A DNA stretch of 64,000 nt from a virus (taxonomy: Duplodnaviria > Caudoviricetes), in IMG/VR virus record IMGVR_UViG_3300035675_000001; one strand, 5' to 3'. How positions within the stretch are numbered: the first letter of the stretch is position 1; every line of letters starts with the position of its first letter. Position numbers and translations under genes: made by a program. Positions 1 to 9,035 of the stretch are shown here, one piece after another. Under the pieces are notes generated by a model. The model searched no databases, had not been told where the DNA came from, and worked only from the letters and a program-made list of their open reading frames with translations.

Positions 1-648
1 GGCGTCGAGCAGGTCTTCCCGATTGCCGTCAACGGCACCGCAGGCATCCCGCAAGTCAGCTACATCGCGGAGTCGGGCACATCCGGGGCCAATGCCGCCT
101 TCGCTTTGGCCGTCGCGGGCACGGTCCTGAACGCCTACGTCCTGACCTGGCTGGGCACGACCATCGGCCTCACGGGCACCGGCACGCGCTCGATGTTCAT
201 TTCGCAGGTGCAGAACGCCCGCACTGACGTAAAAATCACGATCCAAAACGGTCTCGTCACGTCGTTTGGAGAATCCTCGGCGAGCGTCGAAACTTTCGAC
301 AATTACACCCCAGGCCCGCTCACCAATGGTCCGGGAGAGCTGAACCTGATGAGCTACTGGTATGGCACCGGCAACATCAACGGCGGCTACCTGCAAGCGA
401 CAGTCTCCAACGATGCTTATGTCTCCAGGGACAGCATCCAGAGCTACGCCGTTTTTGGAACGGTCATCGGCCCCATCCCCGGACCTGGCACCTTGGCTGG
501 AGGCACGTATTGGTCGAGTTCATGGAACGCCGGGAGCGTAGCCATGAATTACACTGAGGACACCCTGGCTACTTATGCTGCGGGCACGATCACAGTCGGC
601 CAGATTAACGGCGGTGTCGGCTGGGGCAGCGATGGAATTGTGAACTGA
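1..648 (+). CDS. Partial structural/tail-associated protein (5' end outside window)
   Basis: Frame is open from base 1 to TGA at 646-648. G/T/S/Y-rich. C-terminal DTLATYAAGTITVGQINGGVGWG resembles the repeat unit at the end of the 2109-3755 protein. Confidence 0.6.
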   Translation, partial: GVEQVFPIAVNGTAGIPQVSYIAESGTSGANAAFALAVAGTVLNAYVLTWLGTTIGLTGTGTRSMFISQVQNARTDVKITIQNGLVTSFGESSASVETFDNYTPGPLTNGPGELNLMSYWYGTGNINGGYLQATVSNDAYVSRDSIQSYAVFGTVIGPIPGPGTLAGGTYWSSSWNAGSVAMNYTEDTLATYAAGTITVGQINGGVGWGSDGIVN

Positions 649-649
649 T

Positions 650-1387
650 ATGGCAGTCATTAGCAGCAGAGTTTATGGCGACGGAACCAGCGTTCTGATG
701 CGGTTGCAGAACGAGGAGTTCATCCGCCAGTTTTCCTGGCTGAACGGCTGGCAGCGATTGCGGATTGGCGTGCTGTGGTCGGTCCAAGGCAGCGGCACTT
801 TCACTTTGAACAACGCAGGGGTCGGCATCGCCAGCTCGGCCAGCCCGTTCTCAGCGACGCTGGGATTCAAGTCGTCCTCCTGCAAAAACGCCATGATCCA
901 GGCCGTCTCCCTGGATGATGTTTACAGCCCGACCAGCTACGTTTACAACGCGGGCGGCGGCATCCCCTACTACAGCATGACCTTCACGGGAGCTTCACGA
1001 AAAGTTGGAGCGACCTGGGCGGGTGGAGGAGGAAACGGCACCCAATACTTCATGGCCGTGGCTGGCGCTGCGCGGGGATTCTTCTTTGCTGATTTCTGGA
1101 AAAGCGGACTCAGTGGCATGGGCGGGTATTCCTACCTCCCCACCAGCGCGGCGTTGGCGCAGACCAACTGGACGATGAACGACATCTACTACGGGTGCCA
1201 GCAAGCCAACATGGACAGCCTGATCTTGAGAGGAACAACCATCACGCGAACTGCGGGAGGGCAGGGCGACAGCAGCGCCCTTGAAACTGCCGGAGTTTAC
1301 GATTGCCTGAGTATTTGGTGGGATAACGCCGCCGTGCCGCTTGAAATTTACGGCATCGCCGCTTTTGGAGTCCCACTCACATCATAG
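650..1387 (+). CDS. Paralog-array member 1, putative beta-sandwich tail/receptor-binding module (245 aa)
   Basis: N-terminal RLQNEEFIRQ..W..LRIG and C-terminal YDCLSIWWD...PLEIY motifs shared with the next six genes. Confidence 0.6.
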   Translation: MAVISSRVYGDGTSVLMRLQNEEFIRQFSWLNGWQRLRIGVLWSVQGSGTFTLNNAGVGIASSASPFSATLGFKSSSCKNAMIQAVSLDDVYSPTSYVYNAGGGIPYYSMTFTGASRKVGATWAGGGGNGTQYFMAVAGAARGFFFADFWKSGLSGMGGYSYLPTSAALAQTNWTMNDIYYGCQQANMDSLILRGTTITRTAGGQGDSSALETAGVYDCLSIWWDNAAVPLEIYGIAAFGVPLTS

Positions 1388-1389
1388 CT

Positions 1390-2106
1390 ATGTCAGCCGT
1401 TATTGGACAACGAGTTTTTGCGGTTGGCGGCAACCAGGTTTACCTGTCGTTGCGCCAGGACGAATACATCCGCCCGCTGGCCATTGGCTCGGACTGGACT
1501 TGGCTCAAAATCGGCCTTCTGTTCAACATCGTTGGACCGCCCGGAACCCTCGCCTACTCTGATTTCGGCATCGGCGTCTGCAACTACAGCCTGCTCGGAC
1601 CCCAGGGGCTTTTATCCTGGTCGTGCCCAAACTGGTATGGCCGAACATTCAACGCCACGGCTGGAGGCATTGTCACCTACACCGGAGGAGCCAATCCTTA
1701 CTACAACATGAGCGGAACGTATCGCTCTTACCGGCAGTTCAAATCTCGCGGCTGGTGGGGAGGCAATGTGACCACCAAGGCGATGGCCGCAGGCGGAACC
1801 GGCGCACTCCAGCGCCGAAGTATGCACGTTGTTGAAATCGTCAAAGGCACAGACGGAACGCGGGGCTACGGCACGACAACAGCAGGGCTGGTGGTTCAAG
1901 ACTGGACCTTCGACAACCTGCTCGAAATCACCGAAATGTATAACCAGACCCCCTACGTCGGAGCAACCGCCATGCAAGGCGATGAAGCCAGCGGCACGGG
2001 CGCACAGAACGACAACGCAGGGCCGTTGGACGCGATCTCTGTCGCCTGGGCCGCAGCCAACGCGACCCTCGATATTTACGGTATCGTGGTCTATCGAGTA
2101 TATTAA
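1390..2106 (+). CDS. Paralog-array member 2 (238 aa)
   Basis: LSLRQDEYIRPL..GSDW.WLKIG ... LDAISVAW...LDIYGIVVYRVY. Confidence 0.6.
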   Translation: MSAVIGQRVFAVGGNQVYLSLRQDEYIRPLAIGSDWTWLKIGLLFNIVGPPGTLAYSDFGIGVCNYSLLGPQGLLSWSCPNWYGRTFNATAGGIVTYTGGANPYYNMSGTYRSYRQFKSRGWWGGNVTTKAMAAGGTGALQRRSMHVVEIVKGTDGTRGYGTTTAGLVVQDWTFDNLLEITEMYNQTPYVGATAMQGDEASGTGAQNDNAGPLDAISVAWAAANATLDIYGIVVYRVY

Positions 2107-2108
2107 CT

Positions 2109-3755
2109 ATGGCCCAAATCGCTATAAGGCTATTTAATTACATTCCCGACCACTACGTGTTGTTGGGTGGAGAGGAATGGCTTCGGCCCCTGGGTCGGCT
2201 GGGCGACTGGAATCGCATCCGGCTGGGATGTCTCGTCGCCATCCGGCCCAACAGCACAGCCTCGATTTACAATGCAACTTTCACGGTCGGTTTGACCAGC
2301 GGGCGCTACGGCACGACTTCGGGCCACATCGCAGACAATGCCATCGGCATGTGCCTGTGTGGAAATCCCACTCCGCCAAACCTGCGGAATTGGAGCTACA
2401 ACGCCAACTCTGGCTACCCTTACTACGACGTAAACCAAACCGGCCAGTTCTTCCACCGCTACACCAATCCGGTCACCAACGCTCAGACGTATGTGCTCGC
2501 GGCCTCATCGAGCAATAATTTCGGCATCCCGGTCGCTGGAATCGGCTACCGCAAACGCCGATACCCCTTCGTCCTGGACATCCAGCGCACAGGTTCGCTC
2601 TACTCATTCAGGATGCACTTCCCAGGCAACAGTGCCACGATTCTGGCACAAGACTGGGACGCTGGAAAACTGATGGACGCGGTGATGCAGACGAGCGCCA
2701 CGATCATCACCGACAACGATACCTGGTCCTCATCAGCCAACTCGCTCCAAGCCAGCGAAATCAACGGCGCATTCGACACGTTCAGCATCTACTGGAGCCG
2801 TGCAACTTATCCGCTGGAGCTTTACGCCGCGTGCGCCTGCCTGCTCTCCGACAACAACACGCCGCAGAGCACCTACAACCCATTCACGCCAGGCGGATAC
2901 GACTACTACACCGGAGCGCCGGTGGGTAATGCCGCAGGCGTCAACAGCGGCAAAGGCTGGGTCTCCGGCTACAGCTTCCAAGGGACGAGTAACAGCACGC
3001 CTGCTTTCGGCATGGCAGGCACTTCGACCGGCCTCGACGATCCATTCGAGCAGTATGCTTCCGGCACGGCGCTAAGCCTGGCTCTGGCGGCGGGCACCAA
3101 CTGGCCGACAGGTTTCGTCATCGCAGGCACCTATCCCAACCTCAACCCGATCACAGGAATCGGAACTCAATTCTATGGGACCACGGTCGGGATGGACGAC
3201 CAGTTTGACCAATACACCAACGGCACTGTCCTGACCGGAGCCACTTACTACGGAACCAACTGGAACAGCGCCCTCCTCATCGCGGGCACTTACCCCAACC
3301 TCAGCCCGATCACCGGCATTGGAACGCAGTTCTACGGAACCACAGTCGGGATGGACGACCAGTTTGACCAGTATGCCACTGGAACTGTCCTGACCGGGGT
3401 GATGAACGGAGGAACAAACTGGGGCGGTGCGTTCCTGATCGCAGGCACCTACCCCAACCTCGTTCCCTACACCGGCACCGCGTTCTACGGAACCCAAGTG
3501 TTCCCCTCCGATACCTTCGAGACTTACCAGGTCGGCAGCATCGCGGTCATGGCTAATGGCTCGAACTGGGGCGGAAATTTCAATGCCCTCTGGTATGCGG
3601 GCACGACCTATGGAAATACGTCGGCCCAACTCGACATGGGCGGCACGAGCGTCGGGTCACCCTGGGACAGCATGGAGCAGTATTCGCTGGGCACCATCAC
3701 GCAGCTCAACCAGGGCACCGGCTGGGGAAGCTATGGAACCTTTTTCTCTTACTGA
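2109..3755 (+). CDS. Paralog-array member 3 with C-terminal 53-aa repeats (548 aa)
   Basis: LLGGEEWLRPL..GDWNRIRLG ... FDTFSIYWSR..PLELY, then a G/T/Y/N-rich repeat tail. Confidence 0.65.
   Translation: MAQIAIRLFNYIPDHYVLLGGEEWLRPLGRLGDWNRIRLGCLVAIRPNSTASIYNATFTVGLTSGRYGTTSGHIADNAIGMCLCGNPTPPNLRNWSYNANSGYPYYDVNQTGQFFHRYTNPVTNAQTYVLAASSSNNFGIPVAGIGYRKRRYPFVLDIQRTGSLYSFRMHFPGNSATILAQDWDAGKLMDAVMQTSATIITDNDTWSSSANSLQASEINGAFDTFSIYWSRATYPLELYAACACLLSDNNTPQSTYNPFTPGGYDYYTGAPVGNAAGVNSGKGWVSGYSFQGTSNSTPAFGMAGTSTGLDDPFEQYASGTALSLALAAGTNWPTGFVIAGTYPNLNPITGIGTQFYGTTVGMDDQFDQYTNGTVLTGATYYGTNWNSALLIAGTYPNLSPITGIGTQFYGTTVGMDDQFDQYATGTVLTGVMNGGTNWGGAFLIAGTYPNLVPYTGTAFYGTQVFPSDTFETYQVGSIAVMANGSNWGGNFNALWYAGTTYGNTSAQLDMGGTSVGSPWDSMEQYSLGTITQLNQGTGWGSYGTFFSY
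3123..3520 (+). repeat. Intragenic tandem repeat, 159-bp (53-aa) period, about 2.5 well-conserved copies plus degenerate flanking copies
   Basis: gc(a/g)ggcac(c/t)ta(t/c)cccaacct starts at 3123, 3282 and 3441. Unit is AGTYPNL.PITGIGTQFYGTTVGMDDQFDQY..GTVLTG....GTNW..A.LI, with many synonymous differences between copies. Confidence 0.9.
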
Positions 3756-3758
3756 GCA

Positions 3759-4436
3759 ATGGCCATCATCGTCAACACTATCGTTGGAGAGCAGCAGCTC
3801 GAACTGAGAAACGAGGAGCTGCTGCGGCAGATGCCCTGGGGCAACGACTGGCGCTTTATCCGCCTGGGCTTGCGCTGGAGCGCCCAAATGTCAGCCACGC
3901 TGACGAACTTCAACATGATGATGGGGTTCAACGCAGGGACCACCTACGGCTATCGCAGCGCCAACACGGTGGAGTTCATCGGAACCTGCGTCGGCGGCGT
4001 GTCCAAAAGCACCTGGACCTACGCGGCTGGACCGCCTGCCTACTGGTCGTCAAACTGGTATCGCTACTCATATAAAGTCGGAGCAACTGAGTCGATTACC
4101 CAATCAAGCTCTCAGACCTCCTATGGCCCCATCGCTCCCAAGCGCGGGCTGATGTATTTCGATCTGCAAAAGGGCAGCGGCAACACGCTCAATCTGGTCT
4201 GGCAGACTCCGACCAATCCGACAACCGCTCAAACTGACTTCACGGTCGATCAGTTTTATCGAATGATGGAAGTGGATTACGCTCCAACCTTTATCTCAGG
4301 CTGGGCTATAAGCACAAACGCCATGACCTCCTGGGCTTACGCGGGCACCTACCCGTTCGATTCCGTCTCAGTCTCCTGGGACAACGCCATCAACCCGATC
4401 CTGATTTCCGACATGGCGGTAACCCGGTTTTATTGA
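3759..4436 (+). CDS. Paralog-array member 4 (225 aa)
   Basis: LELRNEELLRQM.WGNDWRFIRLG ... FDSVSVSWDN...ILISDMAVTRFY. Confidence 0.6.
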   Translation: MAIIVNTIVGEQQLELRNEELLRQMPWGNDWRFIRLGLRWSAQMSATLTNFNMMMGFNAGTTYGYRSANTVEFIGTCVGGVSKSTWTYAAGPPAYWSSNWYRYSYKVGATESITQSSSQTSYGPIAPKRGLMYFDLQKGSGNTLNLVWQTPTNPTTAQTDFTVDQFYRMMEVDYAPTFISGWAISTNAMTSWAYAGTYPFDSVSVSWDNAINPILISDMAVTRFY

Positions 4437-4437
4437 T

Positions 4438-5124
4438 ATGGCTTTCATCACCCAAACTTACGTCGGAGACAACACCCTCCAGCTTGGCATGGAGGAGTTC
4501 GTGCGCCCGATGGCATTTGGTGCCCAGTGGCGTAAAATTCGCATCGGCTTGCTCTTTGGCGTTTACGGAAATCCTGGCGTGAACACCAGCGTTTATGCTG
4601 GAAGCAACGTCAATCTCTATGTCGGAGTTTGCCAGGGTGTGAACAGCGGATTCAGCAATCCCACTCCCACGGACGCCATTGTTCTCGCCCCTTTCACTTC
4701 TAATTCGGCCCTGAACTATGCCACTACGACTTACTGGTCCGCTGGCTTGAACCCTGGCCGTCTGATTTGGAAATATGGCAGCAGCACTACGACGGTCACA
4801 GGCGGTTCCAACAGCATCTATGGATTTATTCCTCCTAACCGAATAGCCTGGTTTTTCGACTTCGCCATGAATCCCCGCAACGCCTCCTCGGCGCTGCTGA
4901 CTCCCTCGACGTGGATCACCTACACCACACCGTCGAACGTGAGCCGATCCCAATTCCTGGCCTCCATGCAAAACGAAGCTGATCCTGCTCTGAACACGAG
5001 CAACCTGCTATCCGCCTCGCTGACTTACGCTGGAAACTTTTTGCTCGATTCGGTCTGCGTTTGGTGGACGCGCTCAATCCCAACCTTGCTGATAAGCGAA
5101 ATCAGCGTAACTCGTTTTTACTAA
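4438..5124 (+). CDS. Paralog-array member 5 (228 aa)
   Basis: LQLGMEEFVRPM.FGAQWRKIRIG ... LDSVCVWWTR..PTLLISEISVTRFY. Confidence 0.6.
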   Translation: MAFITQTYVGDNTLQLGMEEFVRPMAFGAQWRKIRIGLLFGVYGNPGVNTSVYAGSNVNLYVGVCQGVNSGFSNPTPTDAIVLAPFTSNSALNYATTTYWSAGLNPGRLIWKYGSSTTTVTGGSNSIYGFIPPNRIAWFFDFAMNPRNASSALLTPSTWITYTTPSNVSRSQFLASMQNEADPALNTSNLLSASLTYAGNFLLDSVCVWWTRSIPTLLISEISVTRFY

Positions 5125-5125
5125 T

Positions 5126-5815
5126 ATGGCATACATCGTTCAAAATCTGCTCGTGCCTGACACCCGGCTCCAACTGGGCTGCGAAGAAATTCTCCGCACC
5201 ATGAATTTCGGCATCCAGTGGACTAAAGTTCGCCTGGGCATCCGGTTTTTTGTCCAAGGTGGATCAGCGTTCAACGGAGGCAGCCTTTACGGCGGCGTGT
5301 GCCAAGGCAACAAAGGCTACTCCGCCGTGGACTGCACAGACGTTCTGGCTGCCTGGTTTGGCGCTTCTTCCAACATGCCGAGCGTAGGCTGGATTTACGG
5401 CACAAACACCTTCACCGTCAATTCCGGCGTGAATTTTGTCAGGAAAGTTGGAGCCGTGTGGACCGCAAATCAAGCCACCGGCAGCTATCCCGTCACCTTG
5501 GCCGCGCAGCCCGCCACCAATGTCCTGAACTCAGTTTACTGGGATTTCACTAAACTCTCAGCTTCGACCGTGCAGTGCAGCCAGTGGGCACCTTACAGCA
5601 CATCCGCCAGCGTCAACATGACCCGATACAACCACCTGGCTTCGATGGAAAATGAGCTGTCTCCGGGGACGTTTTCTTCTGCCTACTATCAAAACACAAC
5701 ACCTGCCATGAGCGTTGCCGGAAGCTCCCAGCTATGGGACACTGTTTTTGTGGGCTGGGGAAGAACATGCCCCAACGTCGAGATTCACGACATCACCGTT
5801 CTTCGCTTCTATTAA
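5126..5815 (+). CDS. Paralog-array member 6 (229 aa)
   Basis: LQLGCEEILRTM.FGIQWTKVRLG ... WDTVFVGWGR..PNVEIHDITVLRFY. Confidence 0.6.
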   Translation: MAYIVQNLLVPDTRLQLGCEEILRTMNFGIQWTKVRLGIRFFVQGGSAFNGGSLYGGVCQGNKGYSAVDCTDVLAAWFGASSNMPSVGWIYGTNTFTVNSGVNFVRKVGAVWTANQATGSYPVTLAAQPATNVLNSVYWDFTKLSASTVQCSQWAPYSTSASVNMTRYNHLASMENELSPGTFSSAYYQNTTPAMSVAGSSQLWDTVFVGWGRTCPNVEIHDITVLRFY

Positions 5816-5816
5816 C

Positions 5817-6545
5817 ATGGCCTTTATTGTCCAACGCCTGACGCTCAGTAACCGGCTCCAACTGGCCAAGGAGGACATGATCCGCCCCCTGTCCTTCGGC
5901 ACAAATTGGAACTCGCTGCGGATCGCGGTGCTCATTCAGATCAACCACGCTACAAGCTGGCAGACTGCCACAGGCTATCCGTTCCTGGCACTGGGCGTGT
6001 GCTTGGGCAATAGCCCCATCTTCGCCGGTGACACCACGGTCGATGCTTTTGGATGGGGAGCGGGCAACACCGGACCTACCTGGACAAGCGGGCTAGTCAC
6101 TTGGAGCGCGACTTACAACAGCTTTGCCTCGCCCGCTGGCGGAGGAACTGCTTTCCAGAAAATCGGCTCGTCTATCGTTGCCAGCAATCCAGTAACCGGG
6201 AGCGGCTATACCCTGCAAATGGGAGGCATGAGTTCCCCTGGAGGCACCACTTACCTGAATCGAACTCCCATTTACCTGGACATCACGCGGGGCTACCCAG
6301 CTACCCCCGCGATGAACAACTACACCCTGCTCTGCAATGCCCCATACTCCAACCAAGGAGTTGACCTCGACCCCGGCACTTTTTACGACCGGTTGCAGAC
6401 CTCGACCTTGACCGGCACTCAGATTCAATACAATTCCACGCTGACCGTAACCGGCAACATGCTTTGGGATTCGGTGTTCTTCTCCTGGCCGCGCTTGACG
6501 CCCACTGTTGAAATCGTTGAGCTGGCAGTCGTGCGCTGGGGTTAA
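5817..6545 (+). CDS. Paralog-array member 7 (242 aa; start moved to ATG 5817)
   Basis: ATG at 5817 follows TAA 5813-5815 by 1 nt and gives MAFIVQ like its paralogs. LQLAKEDMIRPL.FGTNWNSLRIA ... WDSVFFSWPR..PTVEIVELAVVRW. Confidence 0.6.
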   Translation: MAFIVQRLTLSNRLQLAKEDMIRPLSFGTNWNSLRIAVLIQINHATSWQTATGYPFLALGVCLGNSPIFAGDTTVDAFGWGAGNTGPTWTSGLVTWSATYNSFASPAGGGTAFQKIGSSIVASNPVTGSGYTLQMGGMSSPGGTTYLNRTPIYLDITRGYPATPAMNNYTLLCNAPYSNQGVDLDPGTFYDRLQTSTLTGTQIQYNSTLTVTGNMLWDSVFFSWPRLTPTVEIVELAVVRWG

Positions 6546-7007
6546 TCACCACAGCCCAACCGGGCAGTATTCCGTGGCCAGACCCGCCTTGGTGTAGCAG
6601 ACACACTTGCAGTATTGGCAGTAGTAGCCCTTGAACTGTCCACACTTGTTACTCTGGCAGACCTGGTAGCGTTGCGCGTGGTCCGCCTTGGACATGACCG
6701 GCATCCCCGCCGCGATCCACCGAGCCATTGACTCCTCAAAATTCTTGACGACCTGCGGCCAGGTGAGCACCGGCAGCGCATTGGGGTCCACTGGCGCACC
6801 GCAGCCCGCGCACCCGCCCGTCCCTTTTGGTTTGACGACCCTGCCGTTGTCCGGCGCGTAATCTGCCGACAGGATCGGCTCGAACTTACGCATGGGGCAC
6901 CCAGCGGAACTCTGGAGCGCGTGCCCGCGCAGACAGACGCCATCCCACTCGGAACAGACCTTGCAATGCTGCTCCAAACGAAAGTAGAAGATTTCTCTCG
7001 GAATCAT
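6546..7007 (-). CDS. Cys-rich metal-binding phage protein (DUF6171-like C-terminus)
   Basis: RYQVCQ..KC......CQYCKC....KA.LATEYCPVGLW plus N-terminal CxxC pairs. Confidence 0.55.
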   Translation of the reverse strand: MIPREIFYFRLEQHCKVCSEWDGVCLRGHALQSSAGCPMRKFEPILSADYAPDNGRVVKPKGTGGCAGCGAPVDPNALPVLTWPQVVKNFEESMARWIAAGMPVMSKADHAQRYQVCQSNKCGQFKGYYCQYCKCVCYTKAGLATEYCPVGLW

Positions 7008-7090
7008 AAATGTTTACAAACAAATTCTTAACTTTTTCTTGGCCTTGAATCCTTTTTGTCCACCTTGGTCAAGTAGGTAGCGCAGAGATT

Positions 7091-8065
7091 ATGGCCTGGA
7101 TTATCGAAAGCCCGGCAATGCGCCGTGTGCATGAACTGACGAAGCAAATCGGACCTTCCACGGCTCCTGTGCTGATCTCTGGTGAGACAGGCACAGGCAA
7201 GGAAGTGATCGCCGAGATGATCCAGTTTTATAGTGAACGGAAGAACAGTCCCTTCATTCGCGTCAACTGCGCGGCCATCCCCAAAGACCTCCTGGAGTCC
7301 GAACTGTTCGGCTCGGTGCGCGGTGCCTACACCGGGTCCATTGTGGACCGGCGCGGGCTGTTCCAGGCAGCGGACACGGGCACGATCTACCTCGACGAGC
7401 TTTCCGAGATGACGTTCGACTTGCAGGCCAAGCTGCTTCGCGTCGTCGAGAACCAGATGATCCGGCGCGTGGGCGACACGGTGTGGAACAAGGTGGACGT
7501 GCGGATCATTTCGTCGATCAACCGGCCTCCCGATCTGTGCGTCGAACTCAAAGTCCTGCGCGACGATCTCTACTACCGCATCGGCACGTTTCACATCCGG
7601 GTTCCCGCGATGCGGCAGCGCGTGCCCGACATCCTGCCGCTCTGCCGCGCCTACCTGGAGAAGTATAGCGCCGAACAAAAGCGCGTGCCGCCTGTCCTCA
7701 GCCCGGAAGTCGTGGCCATCCTCCAGGGCTACCACTGGCCCGGCAACGTCCGCCAGATCGTCAACGAAATGCACCGGCTTGCCGTCATCAGCAAGGCCAC
7801 TGCGCTCCCGGAGGACATCGACTTTCATCTGCAAAAAGAACCTGATTTCAACACGCCGCTGAGCCGCATGGAGCTGATGGAGAAGACCACCATCGAGAAC
7901 GTCCTGATCGAAACCAACGGCAACAAGCTCGAAGCCGCCAAGCGACTGGGCATCGGAAGACAAACGCTCTATAACAAGCTTCACCGCTACAACATCGAAA
8001 CGATCAAAGAAAAACCGCCAGGCGACGAATCACCTGGCGGCAACCAACCCTTCCCTTTGCCGTAA
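7091..8065 (+). CDS. Sigma-54-dependent enhancer-binding protein (NtrC/PspF-type AAA+ and Fis-type HTH), no receiver or sensor domain
   Basis: Walker A GETGTGKE, VNCAAIP..LLESELFG, loop-1 GAYTGS, Walker B IYLDE, RDDLYYR, WPGNVRQ, C-terminal GNKLEAAKRLGIGRQTLYNKL. Confidence 0.93.
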   Translation: MAWIIESPAMRRVHELTKQIGPSTAPVLISGETGTGKEVIAEMIQFYSERKNSPFIRVNCAAIPKDLLESELFGSVRGAYTGSIVDRRGLFQAADTGTIYLDELSEMTFDLQAKLLRVVENQMIRRVGDTVWNKVDVRIISSINRPPDLCVELKVLRDDLYYRIGTFHIRVPAMRQRVPDILPLCRAYLEKYSAEQKRVPPVLSPEVVAILQGYHWPGNVRQIVNEMHRLAVISKATALPEDIDFHLQKEPDFNTPLSRMELMEKTTIENVLIETNGNKLEAAKRLGIGRQTLYNKLHRYNIETIKEKPPGDESPGGNQPFPLP

Positions 8066-8485
8066 TTACGTGGTCGGAGCTGCCGGTTTGGCAGCCGGTG
8101 GTTCCTCACCGCCGCCGAATCCCGTCAACACCAATACCTGCTTGGACGCTTCGCGCAGGCCGACGCCTGCCGCACCGCAGAGCGCACCAAGTTCCCACGA
8201 ACTGTGGGGAATGACGCCCGACTTCGCCAAGAGCCAGTCCGCACCTACACCGATAACCGCAGCCAGAAACGGCCAGGTTACCTTGGGCAAGGACGGAAGC
8301 ACCTTTTTGATGCCAAGCACCACCAGCGGCACCACCAGGACAATCAGCCCGTTCCAGATGTTGACCAGGACGGGGTTGACCGGGGTTGACGCCGCAGGCA
8401 CGGCATTGGTGACTTGGGCGAGGGCCACAAGCGTAAATGCCAGCAGGACGGCGCAGGCCACTGTGATTTGCTTTAGTGTCTTCAT
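8066..8485 (-). CDS. Membrane protein with signal peptide and about 3 TM helices; holin-like candidate
   Basis: Hydrophobic segments IWNGLIVLVVPLVVLGI, WPFLAAVIGVGADWLL and LGALCGAAGVGL. Lies downstream of a lipoprotein gene. Confidence 0.45.
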   Translation of the reverse strand: MKTLKQITVACAVLLAFTLVALAQVTNAVPAASTPVNPVLVNIWNGLIVLVVPLVVLGIKKVLPSLPKVTWPFLAAVIGVGADWLLAKSGVIPHSSWELGALCGAAGVGLREASKQVLVLTGFGGGEEPPAAKPAAPTT

Positions 8486-8486
8486 A

Positions 8487-8530
8487 GTAGTTTACTCGTT
8501 GCCCCACACCGTGGGGCCGAGAGTAACTAC
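8487..8530 (-). promoter_or_regulatory. Long stem-loop filling the intergenic gap immediately upstream of the 8485 start codon
   Basis: GTAGTT(8487-92)/AACTAC(8525-30), ACTC/GAGT and GCCCCAC(8501-07)/GTGGGGC(8511-17), with an ACC loop. Confidence 0.75.
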
Positions 8531-8532
8531 GA

Positions 8533-9024
8533 TTACTGTGCCCCCTGTTTGATCTGGTCGATGCCCTTGAGGCCATCGCTCACACCGTCAACCAGGGCTT
8601 GAGCCAGCATCTTCCACCCGACCTGTTCCTCCAGCCCGGCCTGAACGTATTGCTGGCCAAAGGCAGCGTAGGCTGAAAGCAGAGGCGTGATAATCAACTG
8701 AGCCTCCGGGGTCTTCAACTCCTTCACAGGCAAGGCGTAAATCTTGGCCTGGAGTGCGGACGGCGACATGTTTGTGGACAGGACGAACTCCTGGAGAGCC
8801 GTCTGAACGACGCTGATCCAGGTCACGGAGTTCTTGTCCTTCGTGTAACCATAAACCACTGCGCCAGCGACAGATGTTCGCAGGATCGGGGCGAGCTTTT
8901 CAGCCGCAGCCGGATCGAGCACTTTCTTGCCGGAGGACGTGGTTGTGCAACCTGTAAACACCACCGGTGAGCCAATCGCCAGGATTGCGGTGAGTGCCAA
9001 TGCGAACAGTCTGTTCTTCTTCAT
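8533..9024 (-). CDS. Lipoprotein (163 aa)
   Basis: MKKNRLFALALTAILAIGSPVVFTG|C lipobox. Confidence 0.7.
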   Translation of the reverse strand: MKKNRLFALALTAILAIGSPVVFTGCTTTSSGKKVLDPAAAEKLAPILRTSVAGAVVYGYTKDKNSVTWISVVQTALQEFVLSTNMSPSALQAKIYALPVKELKTPEAQLIITPLLSAYAAFGQQYVQAGLEEQVGWKMLAQALVDGVSDGLKGIDQIKQGAQ

Positions 9025-9035
9025 AGTTTTGATGT

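Noticed and set aside
650-6545. Diversity-generating retroelement acting on the paralog array
   Set aside because: No reverse transcriptase and no near-identical TR/VR pair differing only at adenines in this window.
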